DNA of 36,841 bases from Candidatus Woesearchaeota archaeon (GTDB lineage: Archaea > Nanobdellota > Nanobdellia > Pacearchaeales > GW2011-AR1): positions 1 to 36,841 of the forward strand of contig CAZJUG010000005.1 of the NCBI GenBank assembly GCA_964549155.1, written 5' to 3'. Of the stretch, positions 25,948-35,450 are shown in pieces. Positions within the stretch are counted from its first letter, which is position 1. Each line of letters opens with the position of its first letter. The translations under genes were made by a program, and so were the position numbers. Under the pieces are notes generated by a model that saw only the letters and a list, made by a program, of their open reading frames with translations, had not been told where the DNA came from and did not search any database.

Positions 25948-27164
25948 CATCAATAAAAGATTATTTTGTTTTAGCAATAAAAAACCTCAGACACAGAGGA
26001 ATTAGAAGTTGGTTAACTCTTTTAGGAATTGTTATCGGTGTTGCTGTCGTAGTTTCTTTAGTTTTTTTGGGGAATGGATTGAAACTTGCAGTGATGAATC
26101 AATTCGGGATGAGTTCTACAGAAATAATTTCTGTTCAAGCTGGGGGACTAAACTCCTACGGACCTCCTGGAAGCGGAGTTACAAATCCATTAACGATTGA
26201 AGATTTAGAAGAAATTGAGAGACTTTCTTCTGTAAAAAAAGCTATCAGAAGAAATATTGGATATTTAGAAATCGAGTTTCAAGGAATAACTGCGATAGGT
26301 TATGTTACAAATGTTCCATTAGAAGAGAGAAGATTCATTTATGAAATTGCAAATTTAGAAATGGAAATAGGAAGGTTCTTTGATGGAGGAGATTCTAAGA
26401 AAGTGGTTTTGGGATACAATTTTTTAGTAGGAAAGTCTGGGTTGGTTGACAAGAAGATTTCTCCAGGGAATAGAATCTTATTAAATGATGAACAATTTGA
26501 GGTTATAGGAATTACAAAGAAACAAGGAAGTTTCATTACAGATAATGTGGTCTATATGGTTGACGAAGATATGAAATCTCTTTTGGATTATGGAGATGAA
26601 ATTGATATAATCGCAGTTCAACCAGAATCAAAGGAAAAAATGGACCAAGCAGTTCTTGACATTGAAAAAGCCTTGAGAAGAACTAGGAATATCAAGGTTG
26701 GAGAAGAAGACTTCGAAGTTTCAACTCCTGAGGCAAGTTTGGCGATGATAAATGATATCATAACTGGTGTACAAATTTTTATCATAATCGTTGCGGGAAT
26801 TTCAATTGTTGTAGGAATCGTCGGGATTGTAAATACTATGACTACTTCCGTTTTAGAAAGAAGAAGAGATGTGGGAATCATGAAAGCAATCGGAGCAAAA
26901 AATAGTCAGATATTTTTACAATTTTTTGTTGAATCTGGAATGCTTGGTCTAACAGGTGGAGTTTTAGGAGTTCTAATCGGAACCTTGATGGGCTGGGGGG
27001 GAATAGTTGCCCTAGGAAATTTTTTAGCAACGAGTTTAACATTAGAAATTGATTGGTTAGTTATCGGAGGAGTTTTTGTTGGAAGTTTCTTAATTGGAGG
27101 AATTGCAGGTATTGCTCCCGCAATGCAAGCGGCTAGACAAAATCCGGTGGAGGCTTTGAGATGA
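25944..27164 (+). CDS. ABC transporter permease, FtsX/MacB-type
   Basis: N-terminal TM, large extracytoplasmic domain and a C-terminal FtsX-like 3-TM bundle (TSVLERRRDVGIMKAIGAK). ATGA overlap with the ATPase gene. Confidence 0.85.
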   Translation: MTSIKDYFVLAIKNLRHRGIRSWLTLLGIVIGVAVVVSLVFLGNGLKLAVMNQFGMSSTEIISVQAGGLNSYGPPGSGVTNPLTIEDLEEIERLSSVKKAIRRNIGYLEIEFQGITAIGYVTNVPLEERRFIYEIANLEMEIGRFFDGGDSKKVVLGYNFLVGKSGLVDKKISPGNRILLNDEQFEVIGITKKQGSFITDNVVYMVDEDMKSLLDYGDEIDIIAVQPESKEKMDQAVLDIEKALRRTRNIKVGEEDFEVSTPEASLAMINDIITGVQIFIIIVAGISIVVGIVGIVNTMTTSVLERRRDVGIMKAIGAKNSQIFLQFFVESGMLGLTGGVLGVLIGTLMGWGGIVALGNFLATSLTLEIDWLVIGGVFVGSFLIGGIAGIAPAMQAARQNPVEALR

Positions 27165-28366
27165 TCAATGAGGAAGGCATCAAATATGTTTTAAGAAATT
27201 TGAATAATAGGAAAACAAGAACTTTTCTTACTTCGCTTTCTATATTAATTGGGATAATCACAATTTTCATTTTTATCAGTTTTGGTTTTGGACTCTATAA
27301 TTATATTGAAGAAATGAGTTCTGGTTCTTCAATGGACAAAATAATTATTCAACCGAAGGGAAGCGGTGCCGTTCCTATGGATGATACATTCCAATTAACT
27401 GATGGAGATATAAGGGCCGTTGAAAGAGTCCCTGGAGTTCTATCTGTAAGCGGAGTTTCTTTCAAGGTCGCTGAAATTGTTAGGGGAAGTGAGAGAGTTT
27501 ATACATTTTTGATTGCTTATGACCCTGAAAAACCATTAATTATGGATGTGTTCAATATCGGAATGGAGAAGGGAAGAATGTTACAAAAGGGCGACGACAA
27601 AAAAATTGTTTTAGGATATAACTATTTATTAGAAGACAAGGTACTTTCAAAAAGCTACAGCTTAAACCAAAAGATAAATGTGCAAGGAGAAGATTTGACA
27701 ATTGTCGGATTTTTTGAAGCTGTTGGAAGTCCACAGGATGATGCCCAAGTTTATATTACTAATGACTACTTGAGAGATCTTTATCCTGGAACAGATGGAT
27801 ATGGATGGGTTGTTGCTAAGGTAGACACAGCTAATATAGATTCCATTGTTGAAAAAGTAGAAGATGCGATAAGAAAGGAACGAGACCAAAAAGAAGGAGA
27901 AGAAGATTTCTTTGTTCAAAGTTTTGAAGACTTAATGGATTCTTATTCTGGAGCATTAAATGTTGTGATTGGATTCATTATTTTGATTGCCTTGGTTTCA
28001 GTTATTGTCTCTGCAATAAACACTTCAAATACGATGATAACTTCGGTTTTAGAGAGATATAAAGAAATTGGAGTTATGAAATCCATCGGAGCGAAGAATT
28101 CTGAAATCCTTTGGATTTTCTTATTTGAATCCGCATTAATCGGATTTGTTGCTGGTTTAATTGGTGTTGGAATCGGAGCAGGGCTAAGTTATCTCGGAGG
28201 AGAAATTCTAGCTTCGCTTGGTTGGAGTTTCCTTAAACCCATGTTCTCTGTTTGGTTATTCGTTGGATGTGTTGCATTCGCAACAATAACTGGGGCAGTT
28301 TCAGGAGTTGCACCTGCAATAAGAGCTTCAAGGATTAACCCGGTTGATGCTTTGAGATATGAGTAG
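27161..28366 (+). CDS. ABC transporter permease, FtsX/MacB-type (second paralog)
   Basis: Same architecture (TSVLERYKEIGVMKSIGAK). ATGA overlap with the upstream permease. Confidence 0.85.
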   Translation: MINEEGIKYVLRNLNNRKTRTFLTSLSILIGIITIFIFISFGFGLYNYIEEMSSGSSMDKIIIQPKGSGAVPMDDTFQLTDGDIRAVERVPGVLSVSGVSFKVAEIVRGSERVYTFLIAYDPEKPLIMDVFNIGMEKGRMLQKGDDKKIVLGYNYLLEDKVLSKSYSLNQKINVQGEDLTIVGFFEAVGSPQDDAQVYITNDYLRDLYPGTDGYGWVVAKVDTANIDSIVEKVEDAIRKERDQKEGEEDFFVQSFEDLMDSYSGALNVVIGFIILIALVSVIVSAINTSNTMITSVLERYKEIGVMKSIGAKNSEILWIFLFESALIGFVAGLIGVGIGAGLSYLGGEILASLGWSFLKPMFSVWLFVGCVAFATITGAVSGVAPAIRASRINPVDALRYE

Positions 28367-28400
28367 ATAAGGTTAAAACCTTAGATTTGTTTGGGAGAAT

Positions 28401-31139
28401 ATGGAAAATCTCAGTGAAAGAGATACTAGGGAGAAGCTAATAGATGGAGCCCTCTATGAAGATGGTTGGAAAGAAGAAGATATTCGGCGAGAAGTCAATT
28501 CTGTAAAATCCGATTTTAAAACTAAACAATACAACTCTAAGAAAGGAGAAGGGAAAGAAGAAGGCAGATTCATAGATTATGTTCTTCTTGCCCTAGATAA
28601 ATCTGTTTTGGCAATTATTGAAGCAAAGAGATTTTCTTTAGATACGGAAAAGGGAAGCATCCAGGCTACAACATACCAAAAAGATATAGAATCTCAAACA
28701 GGAATTTCTGTTCCAGTATTTTTAACTAATGGTAAAAAATGGTATTTAAAAGAAAAAGGATATCCCACAAGAGAAATTTCTGGACCCTTGACACAACAAG
28801 ATTTACAAAGGAGAATGCAACTTTCTAGAGATAGACAATTGCTTTCCAATATAGGGGTCAGTCCAAAAATTTTAGATAGATCGAAGAATGTTGAAATTGT
28901 TAAACAAGTTTTGAATCACTTAGAAAAGGGAAATAGAAATGCTTTGATAAACATGGCTACTGGAACAGGTAAAACAAGAGTTGCAATGGCTTTAGTAGAA
29001 GCTTTGATAAGAGCAAATTATGTTAGAAATGTTTTGTTTGTTGTAGATAGAATTTCCTTAGGGAAACAAGCATTTGGCGCCTTTGATAACTTCTTGCACG
29101 GCGAACCTAGAACCTTATTAAATGAAGAGGGCGATTTCGATATGGACAGAAGACTTTATGTTTCTACCGTTCAGACACTGATGGCAAAGGATGAGAAGAC
29201 CGGACATAAATTTCAGAAGTTTAGCCCGGGATTTTTTGATTTAATAATTTTTGATGAGGCCCATAGATCTTATTACGACCGACAAAATTTAGTTGCTAAA
29301 TACTTTGATGCAATTAGAATAGGTTTGACTGCAACGCCTTCTAAGAGCGAAGAAAAAAATACTTATGATTTGTTTGACTGCCCACGAGGAAATCCGACTG
29401 TAAAGTATGATTATGATGAAGCCGTGCGAGATGGTGTTTTGGTTCCTTACGAAGCTCAGATTGTTTCGACAGAAGTTTTGGAGTTAGGGATTGATGGAAT
29501 GAAGCTAGACAATGAACTTAAAACTGCATTAATTAAACAAGATGAAGATCCAGAACATTTTCAAGTTTCAGGAGCGAGATTTGCTAAATATTTTACAGAT
29601 AGAAAAACCAATGAACTGATTGTTCAAGAGTTTATGAATAGATGTTATAAAACCGAAGATGATAAACCCTGCAAAACTATTTTCTTTTGTTCAAGTGTAA
29701 AACATGCAGAAGAATTGAAGAAAGTCTTCGGTTCCCTCTATCCTAATCTCAGTGAAGATGTTGAAGTGATTGTATCGGATAAACAAAGATATATGGATGA
29801 AGTTGAAAGATTTAAAAAAGATTCAAGTCCAAGAATTGCTCTTTCCGTAGGAGTTTTAGATACCGGAGTAGATATTCCTGAAATTATGAATCTTGTTTTT
29901 GTGACTCCTGTCTTTTCACATATTAGATTCTGGCAAATGCTTGGAAGAGGTACAAGAAGTTTATCTGCTTGCAAGCATAGAGGGTGGTTACCCTTATCAG
30001 ATGGAGTTCATGTAAAAGATGATTTTAGAATTTTAGATTTTAAATTTAGTGATTTCTCGAATGTAAAAGAACATCAAATCGAACCGGCAGACAAATCTAA
30101 AATTTCAGAAGATATGAAAGTCAAGATTTTTAATAAGGAAGTAGAGTTATTGAAGAAAAAGTTATCTAAAGAAGAAAAAGAGATTATTGAAAATAGAATT
30201 ATTATGGATGTAAAGAAGATTAATCCAAATTCTTTTATTGTAAAACCAAAGGCGGAAATAATTAAGAAAGTTGTTTCTAGGAAATTTGATTTGCAAGTTT
30301 ATATTAAAGAGTTACAAAACGATATTGCAAATTTAATGAAATTTACTGAATTTGGCGATGGAAGAGTTCAAACTTTTATTTCTCATTGCGTTGATTTATT
30401 TGGTTATGTTAAAGAAGGAGATATTGAAGCTATCGCAGAAGAGCAGGATTTTTTGCTAGAGAGAATTGAGAATATTTGGAGTTCAAATCTACAAGTTATA
30501 AGAGCGAAACATAAAGAGATTATGAAAATAATGCAACCTGTGTTCTGGAAAGAATTGACTTTTGCAGATATTGAATTTATGATTAGAGAAATTGCTCCTT
30601 TAATGAGATATTATGAATCCGAAAGAAAGAAAATCATTAGAATTGATGCGAAAGATTACACTCGGAATGTAGAAGACTTCAAGATGCAAGTTAAAGAAGA
30701 TCCGAATACCGAATATCTTAAGAACAGTTCATTGTTCAAGAAAATGGTAAAAGAAGGCGTTAGTTGGAAAGAACTTTTTGAAATAGAGAAAAAATTAACC
30801 GAGTTAAATTGTGCTTGGACAATCGATTACATTCAAAATGTAAGGAAAATTGATTTTGTGGTATTTTTGAGGAATATGCTGGACTTGAAGGATTTGCCAG
30901 ACCCACAAGAAATGATAAAGAATGAGTTTGAGAAGATAATTATAGAACGAAATGAAGGATATAATGCCGAACAGATTAGGTTCTTGAGACTTTTAGAGAA
31001 GTTCTTTGCCTTTAACAAGCATCTGACTCCCAAGGATCTCACAACTTATCCGTTAGCAGATGAAAACCCCTTGGATAAGTTTAGTTCTGACCAGCTTAAG
31101 CAGGTGATCAAAGAAGTTGAAGGGATAAGGATACGGTAG
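28401..31139 (+). CDS. hsdR: type I restriction enzyme R subunit (HsdR)
   Basis: N-terminal PD-(D/E)xK-like IDYVLL...IIEAKR. SF2 motifs MATGTGKT, FDEAHR, LTATP, QMLGRGTR. Long helical C-terminal region as in EcoEI-type HsdR. Confidence 0.85.
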   Translation: MENLSERDTREKLIDGALYEDGWKEEDIRREVNSVKSDFKTKQYNSKKGEGKEEGRFIDYVLLALDKSVLAIIEAKRFSLDTEKGSIQATTYQKDIESQTGISVPVFLTNGKKWYLKEKGYPTREISGPLTQQDLQRRMQLSRDRQLLSNIGVSPKILDRSKNVEIVKQVLNHLEKGNRNALINMATGTGKTRVAMALVEALIRANYVRNVLFVVDRISLGKQAFGAFDNFLHGEPRTLLNEEGDFDMDRRLYVSTVQTLMAKDEKTGHKFQKFSPGFFDLIIFDEAHRSYYDRQNLVAKYFDAIRIGLTATPSKSEEKNTYDLFDCPRGNPTVKYDYDEAVRDGVLVPYEAQIVSTEVLELGIDGMKLDNELKTALIKQDEDPEHFQVSGARFAKYFTDRKTNELIVQEFMNRCYKTEDDKPCKTIFFCSSVKHAEELKKVFGSLYPNLSEDVEVIVSDKQRYMDEVERFKKDSSPRIALSVGVLDTGVDIPEIMNLVFVTPVFSHIRFWQMLGRGTRSLSACKHRGWLPLSDGVHVKDDFRILDFKFSDFSNVKEHQIEPADKSKISEDMKVKIFNKEVELLKKKLSKEEKEIIENRIIMDVKKINPNSFIVKPKAEIIKKVVSRKFDLQVYIKELQNDIANLMKFTEFGDGRVQTFISHCVDLFGYVKEGDIEAIAEEQDFLLERIENIWSSNLQVIRAKHKEIMKIMQPVFWKELTFADIEFMIREIAPLMRYYESERKKIIRIDAKDYTRNVEDFKMQVKEDPNTEYLKNSSLFKKMVKEGVSWKELFEIEKKLTELNCAWTIDYIQNVRKIDFVVFLRNMLDLKDLPDPQEMIKNEFEKIIIERNEGYNAEQIRFLRLLEKFFAFNKHLTPKDLTTYPLADENPLDKFSSDQLKQVIKEVEGIRIR

Positions 31140-31215
31140 GGTTAGAGTAGGGGTGGTATAAAAGTAAGACTCAAAAAACCAAAAGATTTAAATAGTTCTT
31201 CAAACTAAGCTTTTT

Positions 31216-31611
31216 ATGGAGAATTCCACCCCAATTCAAAAAACAAAGGTGTTCAGAGTAAAGGTAGATCTGGAAAAAGGCCAGCTTTTTGAAGAACAAT
31301 GCCAAAATGAAAATTCCAATGTAAATGCGAAGTTAAAGGAATTTATAGAATCTTATTTGAAAGAACAGAAGAAATTCTTCTTGGCAGGGAAAAACAAAAT
31401 AGAATACAATAAAATGAAAAACAGCTTTGAGTGGTCGGCTGAATTGGACTTGGGCAAAAAAATTACGTTACTAGAAAATTTATCTTTAGAATTTTTGATG
31501 AATTTGAAAGAGGAGATAGTTTCGACAGTTCAAGAAAGAAATGAATGGGTCCATCATAGAAATCCAAGTTCTATAGCTATTCCAAGTGAATTGCTTGGAG
31601 GAACAAAATGA
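31216..31611 (+). CDS. hypothetical protein, possible N-terminal ribbon-helix-helix (CopG-like) fold
   Basis: 131-aa ORF. KVFRVKVDLEKGQLFEEQCQNENSNVNAKLKEFIESYL has a strand-helix-helix pattern; the RHH call is a weak inference. First gene after an A/T box near 31186. Confidence 0.45.
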   Translation: MENSTPIQKTKVFRVKVDLEKGQLFEEQCQNENSNVNAKLKEFIESYLKEQKKFFLAGKNKIEYNKMKNSFEWSAELDLGKKITLLENLSLEFLMNLKEEIVSTVQERNEWVHHRNPSSIAIPSELLGGTK

Positions 31612-32453
31612 GTATTGTTGTGTTCAATAACAAGCGAATAAGAAGAAAACTAGTCGATGGAGAATGGTTTTATTCAGTTGTTGATGTTGTGGGGGTTCTG
31701 GCTGAAAGTGAAAATCCGAGAGATTATTGGTACAAATTAAAAGTAAGAGAAAAAGAATCCTCCGGAATTGAACTGTCGACATTTTGTCGACAGTTGAAAC
31801 TTGTCGCAGAAGATGGCAAGTTAAGAGAGACAGATTGTGCAGATAAAGAAGCACTATTTAGAATAATCCAGTCAATTCCTTCCAAGAAGGCAGAGCCTTT
31901 CAAATTATGGCTCGCAAGAGTTGGAAGTGAAAGGATTGATGAAATTGAGAATCCCGAGCTTGCTCAAGAAAGGATGAAAGAGCTTTATGAAAAGAAAGGC
32001 TATTCAAAAGACTGGATTGATAAGAGATTGAGGGGGATTGCGGTTCGTCAATCTCTTACAGATGAGTGGAAGAAAAGGGGTGTGGAAGAGCCGATTGAAT
32101 TTGCTATTTTAACTAATGAAATTAGCAAGGCCGCTTTTGGAAAAACAATTGAAGAGTATAAAAAATTCAAGAAATTGAAAGATGAGAATCTGAGAGATCA
32201 TATGACTGACATTGAACTAATTTTTAATATGCTTGGAGAAGCTTCCACGACAGAAATAGAAAAAGTTCAAAATCCTTCTGAATTTGATGAACACTTGGTT
32301 GTTTCAAGGAAGGGGGGAGAGGTTGCTAAGATTGCTAGAGAGAAATTAGAACAAGAAATAGGAGAAGAGATTGTTAGTGAGGAAAACTATTTGGATGAAG
32401 AAGAGAGATTTGCTCGAAAGAAAAGAAAGAAGAAATTGGCGGTGATGGGATGA
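31608..32453 (+). CDS. Bro-N domain protein with DinD-like C-terminal region
   Basis: N-terminal FNNKRIRRKLVDGEWFYSVVDVVGVL fits the Bro-N pattern (R..dGe.WF.a.Dv...L). The C-terminal helical region resembles DNA-damage-inducible protein D architecture. ATGA overlaps on both sides. Confidence 0.6.
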   Translation: MSIVVFNNKRIRRKLVDGEWFYSVVDVVGVLAESENPRDYWYKLKVREKESSGIELSTFCRQLKLVAEDGKLRETDCADKEALFRIIQSIPSKKAEPFKLWLARVGSERIDEIENPELAQERMKELYEKKGYSKDWIDKRLRGIAVRQSLTDEWKKRGVEEPIEFAILTNEISKAAFGKTIEEYKKFKKLKDENLRDHMTDIELIFNMLGEASTTEIEKVQNPSEFDEHLVVSRKGGEVAKIAREKLEQEIGEEIVSEENYLDEEERFARKKRKKKLAVMG

Positions 32454-32665
32454 GTGAACCAATAGACAGAATAGTAATCTTTGAGGATAAGATTCGTGGA
32501 GATCTCTCTAGATGTAATATCTGCCAGATTAATTTTACAGCGATTCAGCCATGTATTGTTTGCTCGGCAATAATTGAGAAACAAAATAAACTCGGAAGAA
32601 GATTAAACAAAGAAGAGTTTGAAGAGTTGAGGGAATGGTTTATGGGGGTAAAAGGTGGAAGATAA
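32450..32665 (+). CDS. small zinc-ribbon protein
   Basis: 71 aa with CNIC...CIVC (two CxxC pairs). Confidence 0.5.
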   Translation: MSEPIDRIVIFEDKIRGDLSRCNICQINFTAIQPCIVCSAIIEKQNKLGRRLNKEEFEELREWFMGVKGGR

Positions 32666-33377
32666 AAAAACAGAAGCCAGAAAGAATGTCAATAACATAT
32701 TATTTTCTAAGATTTTAGATTTTATAGAACATTTTTATCCAGGCATATATGAAGAATCCCAAGAAGAATATATTAAAGAGGATGAAGACCGATTTAAAGT
32801 ATTAAAAGACAAACAAAATTTCCAAGAAGATTATAACGCTTGGTTTTTGACGAAGATGCTCCTACCTAATGGAGTTAGTGTTGTGCAAATGGCAAAATCC
32901 TTCCCAGATAGTTATTTTACAAGAGATGAGAAGAAAATGCTAAACAACTTGTTTAACTATAATGAATCTTTATTTACGATATTATCAGTTTCTAAAGATA
33001 ACAAAAACTATGAAATCATGGATTTTGCAGATAGTAAAATTTACAAAATTAAAACATTTGATTTGCCGAATAAGTTCAAGAAGGGAGATATAATCAGTGC
33101 ATTTATTGTGAGGGATATAGAAAATTCTTATTTTTTTCTTGGAGGAATTGTTTCTTGGAATGTTACAAATAAATTAGAGTTTGTTTCGGCTTTCATGATG
33201 AAAAAAAAGCTTGAGGAAGCTTTAAGGAAGAGGAGAAATCAGATTGAAATTGATTGGGAGATAGAAAGGGAAGAGCCTGAAAATAAAGAAGATTTATGGG
33301 AAGAGAAGACTAAGATAAATGGTGTTTGGGTTGATGATAAAACTGGAAAAGTCTTGGAGGGTGAAGATGAAGACTGA
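32655..33377 (+). CDS. hypothetical 240-aa protein, acidic termini, no family recognised
   Basis: Long stop-free ORF. GTG start at 32655 preceded by GGGGG. 11-nt overlaps with both neighbours. Confidence 0.6.
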   Translation: MEDKKTEARKNVNNILFSKILDFIEHFYPGIYEESQEEYIKEDEDRFKVLKDKQNFQEDYNAWFLTKMLLPNGVSVVQMAKSFPDSYFTRDEKKMLNNLFNYNESLFTILSVSKDNKNYEIMDFADSKIYKIKTFDLPNKFKKGDIISAFIVRDIENSYFFLGGIVSWNVTNKLEFVSAFMMKKKLEEALRKRRNQIEIDWEIEREEPENKEDLWEEKTKINGVWVDDKTGKVLEGEDED

Positions 33378-33552
33378 AGAGATAATAGGTTTAATCTTCG
33401 GTGGATTTGTAATATTCTTACTTTTAGTTTATGGAGTTTTCTCCGATGTTTTGAAGGGATTTATCGGAGCATTTGGAGTTGGTTTTGGTTTGATTTTAGG
33501 AATTTTATTTGTTTTGATGATTGTTTTAGGATTGATGGGGAAGAGGGGATGA
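33367..33552 (+). CDS. 61-aa two-TM Gly-rich micro-protein
   Basis: MKTEEIIGLIFGGFVIFLLLVYGVFSDVLKGFIGAFGVGFGLILGILFVLMIVLGLMGKRG. Strong GGAGGGTGA Shine-Dalgarno-like element 5 nt upstream of ATG 33367. Confidence 0.55.
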   Translation: MKTEEIIGLIFGGFVIFLLLVYGVFSDVLKGFIGAFGVGFGLILGILFVLMIVLGLMGKRG

Positions 33553-35450
33553 GCAAAATTTTATTAAACCCTGAGCAAGTAGATGCAATAAATACAAGTG
33601 AAGGCAATTTATTAATTCTTGCCAGTGCGGGCACAGGAAAGACTACAACCATTGTTGAAAGATATGTAAATCTGGTGGAGAATCAGGGAATTTCTCCAAA
33701 TCAAATAATGATGACTACGTTCACAAATAAAGCTGCAAAAGATATGATTGGAAAAATTAAAAAGAAAACAGACAAATTGCCCTATTTTATAGGAACCATG
33801 CATTCCCTATTTTTAAAGATATTAAGAGATCATGCTGAAAAATTAAATATTAATTCTAATTTTACCCTATTAACTGAAGAAAGTGACAAAAAGAAATTAG
33901 TCAAGCTAGTCTTACTTGAAAAAAACATTGAACCAACTAAAAACAATATTTCCTATTTGTTAAGGAGAATTGAACAATTTAAAAATAGGGGCATAAATTC
34001 GGATGATTTAGATGAGGTTTTGGATGCCGAAGAGGAAAAACTCGTAGAGGAAGAAATAGAAGGAGAGTTTGTTAGGGTTACTTCTAGTATAAAACGTCTG
34101 GCTAATTTTGTATATAAGAAATATCAACAAAAATTAAGAAGCTTGAATAAACTAGACTTTGATGATATACTCCTGTTTATATATATTCTACTTGATAAGA
34201 ATAAAGAATTAAGAGAAGAATACAAAAACAAATTCAAAGCTATAATGGTAGATGAAGCTCAAGACTTAAATATTGTTCAAAGAAATATTTTAGAATTATT
34301 ACAAAGCAATAATCTTTGTTTGATCGGGGACGATTGTCAAAATATTTATGCATGGAGAGGTTCTTCAAATGAATTTATCTTTAGTTTTGATAAATCTCAT
34401 AAAAAAATTGTTTTAAAGGATAATCATCGCTCTTCGAGGAATATCATTTCTAATGTGAATAAAATAATAGATGAAATCGCTTTTAAAATAGACAAGAAAT
34501 TGGTGTGCACCAGGGAAGATGGGGAGGTTATCCGAATAAGAGAATTTAGAAGTTCGAGGGATGAATTATCATTTGTGGCTTTTGAAATAAAAAAGTTACT
34601 TCAATCCCAAGAAAAGCCAGAAGATATAGCCATTTTGTTTAGAACAAATAAGATAGGAAAACAAATGGAAAGGATTCTTAGAAAAAATAAGATTCCGTGT
34701 CATCTATCAAGAGCAAAAGGTTTTTTTGAGAGAGAAGAGATTAGGGACATCTTATCATTTATTAAATTAAAAATAAATCCAAAATCTTTCTTAGATTTTG
34801 AAAGATTGTTAGGGCTGGTTGAAGGTGTTGGAAAATCAAAACTAGAAGTTCTGAGTAAAATCGCATTAAAAGAAAAGATAGACGTTCGAGGGTCTTTAGA
34901 TTATTTGGATAAAATTAATCTCAAAGAGAGTACAAAAAAAAGCTTGGAATCGCTGAACTCTATATTAAAAGATAATAGTATTAATCCCGTGCTTTCTTTT
35001 TTAAACTTTTTTGAGTATAAATTAAAATTAGAAAAGAAATATCATGATACTCCTGAAAAGATAGAAGACAAATTAGAAAATATTGGAATTTTAGAAGAAT
35101 TTGTTAAAGATTATGAATTTAGTGAATTGGGAATAAGAGAGTTCTTAGATAGTTTAATTGATCTTGAGAGAAAAGAGAATGATAAAAACAAAATTGTTTT
35201 AACTACTATCCATAGTGCGAAAGGTTTGGAGTGGAAGCATGTTTATCTTGTCGGATGTAACGAGAATATATTGCCTTCGTATAGGGGAAGCTTAAGTAAA
35301 ATCAAGAGGGATGATGAACTTAGATTGTTTTATGTAGCCGTATCTAGGGCAAAGGATTTTTTAACAATAACTTATTCCTTGTTTAAAGATTTTGAGAATT
35401 TTGAACCCTCTCAATTTTTAGAGATAATCGAGGGAGATTTTGAAAGATGA
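33549..35450 (+). CDS. UvrD/Rep/PcrA-like superfamily 1 helicase
   Basis: ASAGTGKTTT (motif I), MVDEAQDLN (II), GDDCQNIYAWRGS (III), NHRSSRNI (IV), TIHSAKGLEW (V/VI region), YVAVSRAKDFL (VI). 633 aa. Confidence 0.9.
   Translation: MSKILLNPEQVDAINTSEGNLLILASAGTGKTTTIVERYVNLVENQGISPNQIMMTTFTNKAAKDMIGKIKKKTDKLPYFIGTMHSLFLKILRDHAEKLNINSNFTLLTEESDKKKLVKLVLLEKNIEPTKNNISYLLRRIEQFKNRGINSDDLDEVLDAEEEKLVEEEIEGEFVRVTSSIKRLANFVYKKYQQKLRSLNKLDFDDILLFIYILLDKNKELREEYKNKFKAIMVDEAQDLNIVQRNILELLQSNNLCLIGDDCQNIYAWRGSSNEFIFSFDKSHKKIVLKDNHRSSRNIISNVNKIIDEIAFKIDKKLVCTREDGEVIRIREFRSSRDELSFVAFEIKKLLQSQEKPEDIAILFRTNKIGKQMERILRKNKIPCHLSRAKGFFEREEIRDILSFIKLKINPKSFLDFERLLGLVEGVGKSKLEVLSKIALKEKIDVRGSLDYLDKINLKESTKKSLESLNSILKDNSINPVLSFLNFFEYKLKLEKKYHDTPEKIEDKLENIGILEEFVKDYEFSELGIREFLDSLIDLERKENDKNKIVLTTIHSAKGLEWKHVYLVGCNENILPSYRGSLSKIKRDDELRLFYVAVSRAKDFLTITYSLFKDFENFEPSQFLEIIEGDFER

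Noticed and set aside
28369-28382. Palindrome AAGGTTAAAACCTT between the ABC permease and hsdR as a regulatory site
   Set aside because: It is short, A/T-rich and occurs once. It is equally explained as a weak terminator-like element, and I cannot support a specific function.
33549-35450. Gabija (GajA/GajB) assignment for the UvrD-like helicase
   Set aside because: No OLD-family ATPase/TOPRIM (GajA-like) ORF is adjacent or anywhere in the window. The coupled partner is a different, DUF3800-like protein.
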